Shown here one piece after another: positions 12,498-26,366 of a stretch of DNA of 64,000 bases. The stretch spans positions 124,001 through 188,000 of the forward strand of contig MU008151.1 of NCBI GenBank assembly GCA_010909165.1, read 5' to 3'. Position 1 is the stretch's first letter; each line of letters starts with the position of its first letter. The position numbers and the translations under genes were made by a program. The notes below the pieces were generated by a model. The model worked only from the letters and a program-made list of their open reading frames with translations. It ran no database searches and was not told where the DNA came from. Source of the DNA: Anthoceros angustus (Eukaryota > Plantae > Anthocerotophyta).

Positions 12498-13378
12498 AGG
12501 GTTTTCATACAACCCACCTCCTTCATATCAGTATGCGTAAGGGTATATGTATATGTATAAGTAAGAATTGTGTTCTGCCAGCAAACGCAATGTATGTACA
12601 TACTTGGCCGAAGTACGTAGTGGGCAATGAGGGTGAAGGAGAGGGAAGAAGGAGGAGAAAGGCGGAACAAAACAAGTTGGGGTCGGGCCAATACCGGGCT
12701 TTTCAATGGATCCGCTGCTCTGCCGATTCGTTGCTCCTGCCTGGTCTGCCCACGCGCATTTTAAACGTTCGGTACGACCATCATGCCGCCCAACAAATCT
12801 GGAGCTCGTAGGTAATTACACCTCGCTCTCCCTCTCTCTCCCGCGCGGAGCCCACAAAGAAGCAGGTATTGGCAAGTCTAGTATGTACCGCCCGAGGAGG
12901 AAAGGAGACTTATTATGCATGTATGTATGTACTTGTGAGCACTCGGGGACCGGGAGTGGGCACTTCCGGCCAACTAAAAGGAAGGACGTATTTCATCGTA
13001 ATCGTATGTTTGTGAGTATCCGCAGGGGGAGTCGGGGGAGATGGATAGAGAAGGAGGTAATGGGGAACGTTCCCCAGGGAGGGGGTTCGGGGGAGGTGAA
13101 ACGTGTTGAGAGAGTGGGAAACCCACAAAAACGCGCTACCGCCCAACAAAAACGGGCTCGTGAAGTCGTGTTGCGGTGTGTGGGGAATCGGGGATCCCGG
13201 CATTGCGCGAGGTTTGGATAGGTTGCGAGTTTGGACAAGGATATGCAGGACCCAACAAAAGGCCAGTCAGGTCACGCCGCCCAACAAGATTAAACGTGTA
13301 ATTCGGTTGTGGGTCGGAAAACCCGCAAAAAATCAGCCGGTGGGCGGTGCGTGGCTCGGGAAGGCCAGACGTGGACAA

Positions 13379-13387
13379 AGATATTTT
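13379..13387 (-). promoter_or_regulatory. Evening element (AAAATATCT)
   Basis: AGATATTTT on the + strand; second perfect copy upstream of the LUX-like gene. Confidence 0.55.
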
Positions 13388-13754
13388 GACCGGCTTGTGG
13401 CCGCGATTCCACCCGCCGCTGCCCCGGCGACCGGGTGTGGTAAAAGAGTATGTTTCAAAAGGCTTCGACTGGGCCACTCCCGGGCCTAGCTAGATCTTGC
13501 GAGATGATGCACAGAAACAAAAAGCGAAGCGGAGGAAGCAACAAGCAACCAACCGGATACGGACAGGAACTGAACGGAACGGAGCGGGAGGGACGGGACG
13601 GCAGGCGTGGCGTGGCGTGTTCTGGCGTGTTCTGGCGTGGCCTGGAGCGGCGTGCGTCCCGCTGTTAGCTGAGCGGCCAGAGGCTGCGATTCGGGACGGG
13701 GCCCGTTTCACCACAACCAACTCCTCTAAGGACATATATATCTACATACAGAGG

Positions 13755-13813
13755 ATTAGGGCATTAGGGCATTAGGGCATTAGGGCATCGGAGCATTATT
13801 AGGGCATTAGGGC
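13755..13813. repeat. (CATTAGGG)n telomere-like tandem repeat
   Basis: About 6 copies containing TTAGGG, with one interruption. Confidence 0.85.
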
Positions 13814-16131
13814 ACCAGGCCCTGCTTCAGGGCTTTAGGGCATTCGGGCGAGCCAATGATGGGGCCGGTGCGCCAGGTGAAGTGACCTCGGATGCCTTAC
13901 CACGCGCCTGACCTCGGGTTTAATGCCAGTCACCCCACTCCCGCCCGGTGGCGGGTTCCAACCCGTAACGTCCCCCCGCCCAAAGAATCGCCCACCGGCC
14001 TGATTCGGGCCGTCCACTCGTCCACTCCCACCATTATTGCTCCCCCCGCCAAGACCCAACGTTCTTCTCCCCGCCCTAACGCCCACCACATTTAATGGGC
14101 ATCCCTGGCCCCGGCCCAGGCCCTCGCTGGATCATTAGCCCCTTAACCATCAACCATAACCAGCGGAGTCGTGAACTGCAGCAGCTTTTGACGGCACGAG
14201 CCGGCATTCACTAACTCTTTAATTCCGTCCCCTCCTTTCCCGAATCCCTCCTTTCCACCATCATCGCCTTTCCCTCCATCAACCCATCCAAACTGTCCCA
14301 TTTATTAGCACTCTTCACAACCCATCATCGCAAACATACATCTCTTGCTTATGTATCTATGGGTTAGCTGATGTTAAGTCGTATGAGTACTATGAGCTTG
14401 AAGAGAAGAGAATCCACATTGCGCGGTGTGAAAACATGCTTCTGACAATGCCGATGCGGAGGGTTGTTTATGACCAGAGTACTTGAAGCCAGCTGTGGAG
14501 TCCTTCTCTGCGTGCAGTGAAACGCTTTCCTCTGTCCGCTTCCGGACGAGGAATGACACGGTTTACGTCCTCTTCTTTTGGGATGAAGGACACTGGTTAC
14601 GATCGTTTCATAAAACGCCTTGATAACTCACCACCCATCGCAAGTTCCGACACAAGAGACACCTGGAAAGTTCACGACCCGTCGCGAGTTCTGCACAGTT
14701 CCATACGGCATGCTGGGTGTCACAAGGCATTGTGAGTACTAGCTCTTTGATAGTGAAGGACCGGGTCTTTGATTGTGCAAGCTTTTGAAAATTTTCGAAC
14801 GGTGGAGGTGGAGGGTGAAAAGTGAAATGACGAAAGTATGAAGTAATATATGAAAAGGAAAGGATAATGGATGCGGGTTGTATTGTCGTGTATAACGTTA
14901 TGTATTGCGGGTGTTGGGCATGACCGTTAGAGAGAGCGAGGGTGGTTAAATTTGGGTTAAGGGGCATGCATTGACCGGGAATGTGGTAAGCGTTGGGAGG
15001 CCGGGGGTTTTTTGGCCCCGGCACGCAAGCGAAACGCGGCGAGTTTGTCGCCGGAATACAAATTGCATTTACGCTCCGGGAAATCCAAAAAATGGAGCCG
15101 AAAGAAAGAGAGAGAGGGAAGGGAGGAAGGGAGGAAGCAAGGAAGGAAGGAAGGAAGGAAGGAAGCAAGCAAGCCAGACTGTGAGCGAGGCACACTGCTT
15201 CCACCCCGCGAGCGAGCGAGCGAGCGGAGTCGAGCGCATGCGCAGAGTAGCGCAGAGTTGAGGAGCGCAAGGTGAGCGCAGGCGCTGCGCAGAGCCGGCC
15301 CTGGAAGAGGGGAAGTTGCCTGGAAGTTTACTGGAGGAGAGGCGGAGTGGAGCGGAGCGGAGCGGAGAGGGAGGCCGCGGAGAGGGCTCGCTGCTGCTGC
15401 GGCTGAGGTTGCGGCTTGGACAGGAGAGGAGCGGATTTGATGCGGCTGCTGGAGGAAGGGAGGAGCGGCTGGTGAGGAAATCAGCTCCCGGTGGAGCCGC
15501 TGATCGGTATTTCTGGTGCGGGATAGCTACTGGCCTTCCTGCTCCTTGCTGCTGTCTTTGTCTTGAAGAAGTGTTTGATGTGGTGCGGTGGGGGGAAGGG
15601 AGGGAATGGCGTGATTTGGCGCGGGTTTGCATGTGTGTGTGGCTGAATGTGCGTGCTTTGCTCGGGGTTGTAGGTGGAAGAGAGGAGGAGCGGAGGAGGG
15701 AATGCTGTGGCGGATGTGGAGTGCGGGAGCAGGACGGGGGAGGGAGTGGTGTTGTTAGGCGGGGGGAGAGGAGGTTGGAAAGATCTCTCTTGGAGGAGAG
15801 GGAGGCGATGGTGGATCCGTGAGCTGGTGTGGCTGCGCTGTTGTTGCTGTGACGGGGGAGAGGGAGCGAGAAGGCGAGGGGAGGGGAGGGAAGGGAAGGG
15901 GCTATGCGGGTGCACGGCCCCTTCCATGGGAAGCGCGCTCAGAGGTACCGGAGACAGGGTGAAGCAGACGGGAGCGCCAATTCAGCTGCTCGCGGCAATT
16001 AGCGGCTTCGAGGCGGAGGAGGAGGAGCGGGCTGCGGGCTCGGGTGTGGGAGGATTGTTCAATCCGGTGCGACAGGAGTGCTGGCTGCTCTGGCGCCTGC
16101 CGCGCTGCGTTCTAGAGATCCGCGGGGACTG

Positions 16132-17626
16132 ATGTGCCAACCTTTGTTGAGGATGAAGGACAACGACCGAGTGGTGGAGTGGGAGAAGGGACTCCCCGGC
16201 AATGAGGAGCTCACGCCTCTCACGCAGACGCTCATCACGCCAATTCTGGCCACGGCCTTCATCATCAAGCACCAGCCGACAAGAACGCAGGCGGATGTGA
16301 GCGAATTGTCGCACGCTACTCTGGCGGCCTTGCAGCGCAGGTCCAGCGCCGTGCCCTCCTTGGATGCTTATCCTTCCTACCAGGAGCTGGAATCGGGGGT
16401 CGGCGGCCCCGGGTTCGGGTACGGGAGCGAGGGCGGGAGAGGGGGTGGCGGAGGCGGAGGCGGAGGCGCCAACGATGGAGCCGGATCGCTTCCGGACAGG
16501 AGCGGGCGGGTGGGGAGTACCGGGGGCTGCTCCTGGAGGGGGCCTGGGCCGGGATGGGAGGCCTGGCGGAGCTTTCCAGCCGCCGTATCAGAGCCACAGG
16601 GAAGTGCCGTATGTCTCCACTTCCATGCAGCTGGGTGTGTCGTCCAGCAGCTACATGCAGGGCCCGGAGCAGGAGGAGAGCCAGGGCCAGGCTCAGGGTA
16701 CCGGGCAGGCCCAGGGTCAGGGGCAAGGCCAGGGGCAAAGCCAAGGCCAGAGAGATAGTCAGGCGGACGCTGATGGCCGATCTGAGCAGAGCACTATGCC
16801 GCACGCCAACCTCGCTTACTCCTCTTACGACCGCCGCCCCGACTCCAGCAGCTACGGGGGCCCGGCTGACAGCAGCAAGGCGGGTAGCGGCAGTGCTCTC
16901 AAGAAAGCCAGGAAGATGACTGATGCCGACTCTGAGGACGGGGATTCCGGTGGCGGTCCGGAGAACAGCAATGAGGAGCCCAATGCGCGTACCTTGAAGC
17001 GTCCGAGACTGGTGTGGACTCCTCAGCTGCACAAGCGGTTTGTGGACGCTGTGGGCCATCTGGGTCTCAAGAATGCTGTCCCCAAGAATATCATGCAACT
17101 TATGAATGTTGAAGGGCTGACACGGGAGAATGTGGCCAGTCATTTGCAGAAGTATAGATTATATCTGAAGCGTATGTCGGGTGTCCCTACGGACGGTCCC
17201 GGTGCCAACGATCAGCTTTTTGCCTCCACTCCCCTGCCTCCCAATCTGGGTTCCCCTCTCTTTATGGCTAACCACAGGGAAGATGTGCCCCCACCAGGAT
17301 TCCCCTCCGGTGTTGGGATGCCCACTCACATGGGATTGGGCCCGACCTTGAGCATGGGACCCTATGGTAGTTATGAGCCTCATCATTTTGGAGGGTTTGC
17401 TAGAGTGCCTACCCAAAGATCACCCAGTGGAGACCACAGTCATAGTCACTACAGCCTTAGCCAGAATCACCACGTGAATCATAGCCACAATCATGGTCAG
17501 AGTTCCCTTCACAACCAAAGCCACCGAGAGCACAGAGATCACAGAGAATTCGTAGTAGATAGCCACAGTCAGCCTAGTTCCCCACCTCGGCGTATCCTCA
17601 CGCTGTTTCCTACGAGCAGCCACTAG
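16132..17626 (+). CDS. LUX: LUX ARRHYTHMO/PCL1-like GARP (SHLQKY-type Myb) clock transcription factor. Intronless, but N-terminus and Myb domain are in different frames (shift at ~16400-16560). Probable 5'UTR intron 15272..16115.
   Basis: The LUX N-terminal block [32 protein letters not shown] is in one frame. [63 protein letters not shown] and the C-terminal ILTLFPT are in the other. Confidence 0.9.
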
Positions 17627-19740
17627 GGATTTCCTTGAACGAGTTGGAAGGGGTGGGAGGGGAAAGTGGGAGGTGGGGTGTTTGGGGTTGAATCAGATTG
17701 GAGGATTCTTCTTTTGGCTTTGTATACTTACAAACGATTGAAGAGCAACTCATTTTCATCTTCTTTCAATCCTGCTGCCTGCTGCCGTTCTTGGCTGGGA
17801 CTTTTGCAGTATCGCCAGTTTCTGTACCTTGAAGGGTCCCTTGGCACTTCGCCTCAGGCGCTTGAGATGTTAGCTGAGAGACTGAAGAGGGAGAAGAGGT
17901 TGTCTCTTTAGCCTTTTCCTTGATTGGTTTCTGCAGATGAAACACTTCCAGCCGTAAATTAGTGAGTGTCAGGGGAGGCAGAACATGGCGATGCTAGGCT
18001 TTCAGATGGACCAACTTTTAGCATTTCTGCAGTGCCTGTTTAGCTTTTTTAGGTTGTGGCTGGTGGCTCTGTTTCGGGCTCTAGTGTACTGAAGGAGAGC
18101 TCACAATTCATGTGCTGACATTCCATGTCAGCCCTTCTCATCCAACTGCTGTAGGGCACCCAATCAGCACATGCTGACAGAACTTGGGTCAGGCCAGAGC
18201 TGGAATGAGATTTTTTTCTCAACAGACACAGTAGAGTGCACTTCACGGCGATTGAGGGCCACACATTGGACTTTCGGAGGTAGCACTAGTCTCTGACAGC
18301 AACTGCACTCTTCATCAGGAGTTTTCCTATCTGGGTTTGTATATATTGTGCAAGTGCAGTCGGACGGCAGGTAGAGCTGCACTTCTGCATAGCACAGGCT
18401 CAGAACTAGTTAAGCGCTGAACTGGGAAGTGGACGTTGAATTATTGTCAGGCTTGACATTTGCTCTCATGGACACCAGTCATTGTCTTTGGCCTTCAACA
18501 TGTGGAACAAATTTTCCCGGGAGCTATGCTGCTGAGTTACATCCAGCTTGGGTCACAGACGTTGTATCTGGTGAGCAGTCGTATATTCTGAGTTTTGCCC
18601 ACATTTGTCTGCTGTTGCAGTGTGTTGAGTTGCCTGTTGCATCAAAGGGACTGAACTGCACTTGTGTTTGCCCGTGGTTCTGCATGATGATGCCCCATCT
18701 TCACCGTTGATAAATGAAAGCATAAGTCCTGTTCCGTGTCTTTGCTGGCCTCAATTTCAAGTTTGTCATTCCAGAGTGTAGCCTGCTGCTCCTCTGTTTG
18801 ACAAAGATCTGGTCAGGTGTTTGGTAACTCTCTTAAACGTTTTTCGTATTGCTGTATGCAGGGGGTCGAAGGTTGTGCTCAGCAATGACGAAGACTTCAG
18901 GAACAAGTGTTTGGGAGATCCTGGAACGCTTAGGACGTGGTTGGGTTAGAGCATTGCGGTTGGAAAAAGGTGCTATGGACACTGTCCTCCCAGTAGTCAT
19001 CTCGAAGACGCTGTTGTGTGTGCTAGGGTAGTTATCTGGGGTCGTTGTCTGTCAGCGGAAGAACACGATGGGTTGTCCTTCCAATATTTGTCTGCCACCC
19101 TTGGGAAATTTGACTGTGCTAAAGTGGTGCTGGCTGTGATATCGCCGAACTGTGGATGTGGCCAAGGCCAGCATCTCGACTGGTTTCTCAATGGTGATTT
19201 TGAAACCGAAAACTCTTGGGAGTAGGCCCCCCCTCCTGTACCTGCCCTATAGACCCTACCCTACCCCTCCACTCATCATCCTTCCAGGCATCTGAGAGTT
19301 TGTCACATTCAGCACCGCCCTCTGACCCTTTTAAACTGTACTTACGTATGCAGCCTGTCAGACAGTTGGAAGTCTGGAGTTTGGACATGCGAATCAGTCC
19401 GTGGTGCTTATGTCCCGACCTGCGGGATTACCTCGCCCTGGTCCATGCCTGAACATGAAGAAGAAGAAGAAGAAGAAGCACACAATCGCTGAATATCTGG
19501 ACTACAAACATGTCTGTCTGCATTCATATCTAACTCCTGTGTCAGCTTCCGAGTTTCCAAGTAGGAGACGCGAAGAACGTCAACAGCTTCTTGAGAGCTG
19601 CTGCTTCAAAGTACAAGCCGACGGACCTCCTGAGGTAAGAGAAAGACAAAAAGTAGTATGCTACGTCCGTGCAGCAACATAAAGGGAGGTGGATGAGAAC
19701 CAATGGTTTTGCAGGTGTGAAAATGGGCCTATCCTGATCC

Positions 19741-19804
19741 CGATTGCTCGATCGCTCGATCGCTCGATCGCTCGATCGCTCGATCGCTCGATCGCTCGAT
19801 CGCT
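19741..19804. repeat. (CGATCGCT)n octamer repeat in the FBPase promoter
   Basis: About 8 copies are visible. Confidence 0.95.
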
Positions 19805-19824
19805 CCTCTGCGGCCTTCAGGCGA

Positions 19825-19834
19825 GCCACGTGGC
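19825..19834. promoter_or_regulatory. Palindromic G-box GCCACGTGGC, with a second GCCACGTG at 19985
   Basis: Both lie 290-450 bp upstream of the FBPase ATG. Confidence 0.45.
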
Positions 19835-20276
19835 CGGCCTACTTGCCTGACGTTCCGCTGACATGGCGCAAGGTCCAGTCCAGTGTCCACGCGGCGCGCG
19901 CGGAGCTGGCCTCCACCCTGCCAACCTCTCCACCGCTGTGGCAATGATGTTTGCTGGCTATTTTCGACTTGGCTCAGTCAGATTGCCACGTGTGCTTATC
20001 GCGAACCGAATGTGCGGACTGCGGCACAACCGTTGCGGGAGGGGAGAGCCAGTTTCGCCGAGACCCGGTTTCGCCGACTCGCCGAGCGAGCAGCCATTCA
20101 CGCTGCTTGCCTAAATCGATCGCGGTGCTGGTCTGAGGAATCGCGAATTCTGCTCCTGCTTGTGCCGGTTTGTATGGAAGGGTGATCTGGAAGCTGGGCA
20201 TTTGGGCATCTGGGCATCTGGGCGTCGCTGCGGAAATCGGAGCGCACTCTGTGCAGGGGCCGCTGGGAGTGGAGCC

Positions 20277-22507
<2,231 letters not shown>

Positions 22508-23377
22508 AGGGCCTGCTGATTAGTCGTGTCTCGTACTCGGAGACGCGCTGTGGGCTTTTTGTGAATACTCATTGTTGTACACTAATACGTCAAATCATTG
22601 CTTGACGTGAGTGTTGTTAAGGGGCATGTGACCTCCCTATTTGGACAGACATGTGAAGCAGGCCTGCAGTGCTGGATGTCGTAAACAACTGGAAAATCCG
22701 TGTCTACGATTCTCTTTTCTGAAGGATGTGGTCTTTATCACTATATCAGTTTACAATTGGGTGTTACGACCAAATGTAGCGGAACCAGAGGGGCAGAGCT
22801 AGATTCGTTATCGGAGTGTGAAGACACACGACTGGCAAACCAAAACGCTCATGGAATTAGCACACAGTTTTCCGCTATTGACCTACTAGGTTTTCTGTCC
22901 AAGTCTGCATGTTCATGACTTGAGACAAAGAGACAGCGTCTCGCTCACTTGCTTGATCTCGCCTTGGTGAAAGCATTAACATACAGAATCTCTCCTCTCT
23001 TCTCCATAGGCTCCTGTTTGTACAAATGGTGACAGTGAAATAGGCCGACTCAACAAAGACGTGCGTCAAAGTGAGCCGGACGTTAAGACTAAAAAACATA
23101 TGTACATGTAACCCTAGTGCTTGAATTCCAGCGGATGACAGCAGAACGCTGGTCAATCCGCGAACACACCATCACCACTATCCTGCAACAAAGCCTTCGC
23201 AATTGCTGCTAGCATCTTCGATTTCCCCACTTTCCCCACCTACAAAAGTTGCCTTTTGTTATTCCGCCTCCCCAGGTATAATGGGCCCGAAGGACAGAAC
23301 CTCATTGAATCGATTCCCTGTGAAGCCTCCTCCCACTCCGGGAGTTCAGGGTAACCTGAACGTCCACTGCCCCAACG

Positions 23378-23735
23378 CTAGCGGGCTTCGAACTGCACAA
23401 CTGGCAATGCAGCAGAGGCAGCAGGCGGTGAGGCGCAGCATCTCAAATTACACACAGAAGCACAGGATTCCGTCATACTTACTCCTCCTGGTTCGCTTTT
23501 TGTAAAGGATGCGGTACCCACACTCCCGACACTGAATGACATCACCGGGCTTCAGAACGTTATCAGCTCCACAATCTGCATGGCTTGCCACCACATAAAC
23601 ATCAGCGTGGGCGTGCAAAGAAACAAGAATCTGCATAGCAATTGTTGCGGCAGGGTGAAAAGGCCGACCTCCGCATAGATAGGCGACGGGATCGGGAGGA
23701 TTTGCGCTTGAAGGAGCACCGCCGCCAGAATCCAT
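23378..23735 (-). CDS. NRPB12: RNA polymerase I/II/III shared subunit RPB12 (RPABC4). Exons 23735-23669, 23575-23483, 23400-23378.
   Basis: Spliced product [60 protein letters not shown] is a zinc ribbon. Confidence 0.96.
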
Positions 23736-23829
23736 CTTGCCGCTTCTTGAGAAGCAAAGTCGCGGACTGTTGCTGAAATCCTACTTGACATCACTACAGC
23801 GTTATATTTAAATACGTAGCACTAACGGC

Positions 23830-25330
23830 ACTCTTGAAATAAGGTAGGAAGGTGGAAAGTTAAAAAAAGGTTAAAAAACTAATTAATAGTTGTCCTGTTA
23901 AAAAAATGAGTGTTTTGCATGCTTCATGCAATCTTCTAGAGAATTGCCAAGGCACTAATGAAGAGCTGCCTAGAGAGGACTCTTAGTGATCCAGTGGGTG
24001 GTATGCAAAAATCCCTTTGGCTGATCATATCATTGAATTCATTGTGTATTGCAAGCCTTGTATTGTGTCAATGGCATGAACCAAATGGGTGTAGATAGCT
24101 GTGTGGACAGCGAGATTCAAATGTGTAATCTATGAATAAAGAGCAGCATCTCGAGGAGGTAGTTTGCAAGTCGTCAGTTGATGGCAACTTGAGGAGTTGG
24201 TATGCAAGTCGCATGAAGCAATCTCAAGAGCAGCATCTCGAGGAGGTAGTTTGCAAGTCGTCAATTGATGGCAACTTGAGGAGCTGGTATGCAAGTCGCA
24301 TGAAGCAATCTCCTAAAGAATTGCTAAACACTAATGAAGAGCTGCCTAGAGAGGACTCTTAGTGATCAGTGGTATGCAAGAATCCGTTTGGCTCATCATA
24401 TCATCGAGTTCATTGTGCATTGCAAGCCTTGTGTGGTGTCAATGGTAAGAACTAGTTAGGTGTATATAGCTATGTGGATAGCCAGACTCAAATGTGTAAT
24501 CTATGAATAAAGAGCAGCATCTCGAGGAGGTGGTCTGCAGGTCGTCAATTGATGGTAACTTGAGGAGGTGGTCTGCAAGTCGTCACTTGATGGTGGGCTA
24601 TTTAGAGCCTAGTCTATGAGTTGTCAGTTCACGGCAGGCTATTTAGAGCCTAGTGCTACCTCGAGTAGTCGAGCTTAGTGCTACCTCGAGGTAGTCTACG
24701 AGTCGTCAATTGATGACAAGCTATTTGGGACCTAGTACTGCATTGTGAGGTTGAGAGCACTGAAAGTTGTGCAAGTCTCTATATATGGAGTGAATTGCGA
24801 GTCCTCAGTTGATGGCGAGCTATTTGGAACTTGGTGCTGCATTGTGAATTGAGAGCTACACTATTTGGAACCTAGTGCTGCATTGTGAATTGAGAGCACT
24901 GAAAGTTGTGCAAAGTCTATATGCAGACTGAATTACGAGTCGTCTTTTGGAGCTTGCGTTGCTCTCAAAGTTATGCAAGTCTCTATTGTAGAGTGAAAGT
25001 TGTGCAAGTGTCTACGTGGATCTCCCTGGGAAGCCAGCACTTACCGCAGCCAGTAATGGGAAGCCAGCACCTGCCGCAGCCAGTAATGGGAATCCAGCAC
25101 TTGTCGCAGCCAATTATTGGAAGCCAGCACTTGCCACAGCGAGTTATGGGAAGCCAGTACTTGGCTGCGGGGAAGCCAGTACTTGGCTGCGGGGAAGCCA
25201 GTACTTGCCGCAGCCAGTAATGGGAAGCCAGTACTTGCCGCTTCCTTACAGTTACGGGCTGCCTAATGAGGGGCGTTACTTAGCAGCCTCGGGATTTGGT
25301 ATGCCGATTGCCGAACTCTCTAGCCTATTG
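23830..25330. mobile_element. Non-coding dispersed repeat built from internal tandem units; a related copy lies at 62490-63720
   Basis: A ~390-bp duplication, an 87-bp tandem pair (24140-24313) and shared motifs ctgcctagagaggactctta and cacggcaggctatttagagcctag also occur near 62.6-63.5 kb. Confidence 0.65.
25028..25244. repeat. Minisatellite with 30-bp and 22-bp units (gggaagccagcacttaccgcagccagtaat)
   Basis: About 8 units are visible. Confidence 0.9.
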
Positions 25331-26366
25331 ATTTAGGGTTCTCTCTACGATTTAATTACGTCACGTAGGTAGTCCTTTCTTAAAGGACAACGTCGCTATC
25401 CTTGGCCATTGCCTTCACAGCCTCACCTGGCCCTTGCCTTCAAAGCCTCACCCCCCTTCGTGGTGATGAAGGTAGCATTTTCAAACAGATAGATGAGATT
25501 TCTCAGCCAGGCGGTTTCACCAAGAGAACACGCCTCTGACCCTACTTATCCGTTTTGGTAAGAGCGTCTCTGATTATCAGACGACACCACCACTTGCAAA
25601 GACAGCAATTCAATGACTGATCTTTATTCCTAATCCCAGACACTGTGTGAAGATGGGTTATTTCCATTCCTTTACAGCGGACTGTACACAATGAAGCTAC
25701 CTAGATAGCAAATAGCCATGAAGAAGTTCTATACAATTTACCTGCCGCAAACAAAAACTGCTGTAGCTACGAAGGCACTTTACACGAGATTTCGGCAAAT
25801 TTGATCAGATGTTTCCCAATCCACACCTGTAATACTATATCCCTCCTAACCATAGGTGGTACCCATATGAATGAAAGACAAGCAGATTGTACATGAAAAC
25901 GTTTTTCTGGCAGATCAAATGTTGTGATATAAAGCTGCTGTGAACATGACTGCCATGGAGGCAGCAAAGAGGGCCACGATTCCTGCTGGGTTTCCCTCCC
26001 TTTTCACAAGGCAGCGCTCACCTAAAAGCACAGCACAAAGTCAGATTGCTGGACAGCAGAGTCAGGCAACGAACATGAACCTGAAATCTCGCACAAACCT
26101 GTCCAGACCATCACGCCCAGAGATGCTCCAAGGCCCAAAATGTATGCATCTATACCCGTGCGGCTGAAATACATCTCCAACCGGTCAGATGCGGCTCTTG
26201 ATCATGTAAAGAAAGAAAGTGCAAACAGTCAAAAAGCCCCCTAAGTCCTCAAGAATCTCCCACACTCCACTAACAAAGCAGTGGACGATTTCCTTGACTC
26301 AACTCTTCACCGTCTAAGCCGCTGACAACACTGGGAGTTGAGACTAGAACCCACTGAAGATGGCAC

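Noticed and set aside
14374-14735. Short ORFs in an AT-richer patch upstream of LUX
   Set aside because: All frames are interrupted and no motif was recognised.
3800-16000. Conserved miRNA precursors (miR156/529, 160, 166, 171, 319, 390, 408, 535, 536, 1030)
   Set aside because: Only partial 8-12-nt matches were seen by eye, and the hairpins found (4818-4873, 5490-5531) are too short. A folding scan would be needed to exclude novel miRNAs.
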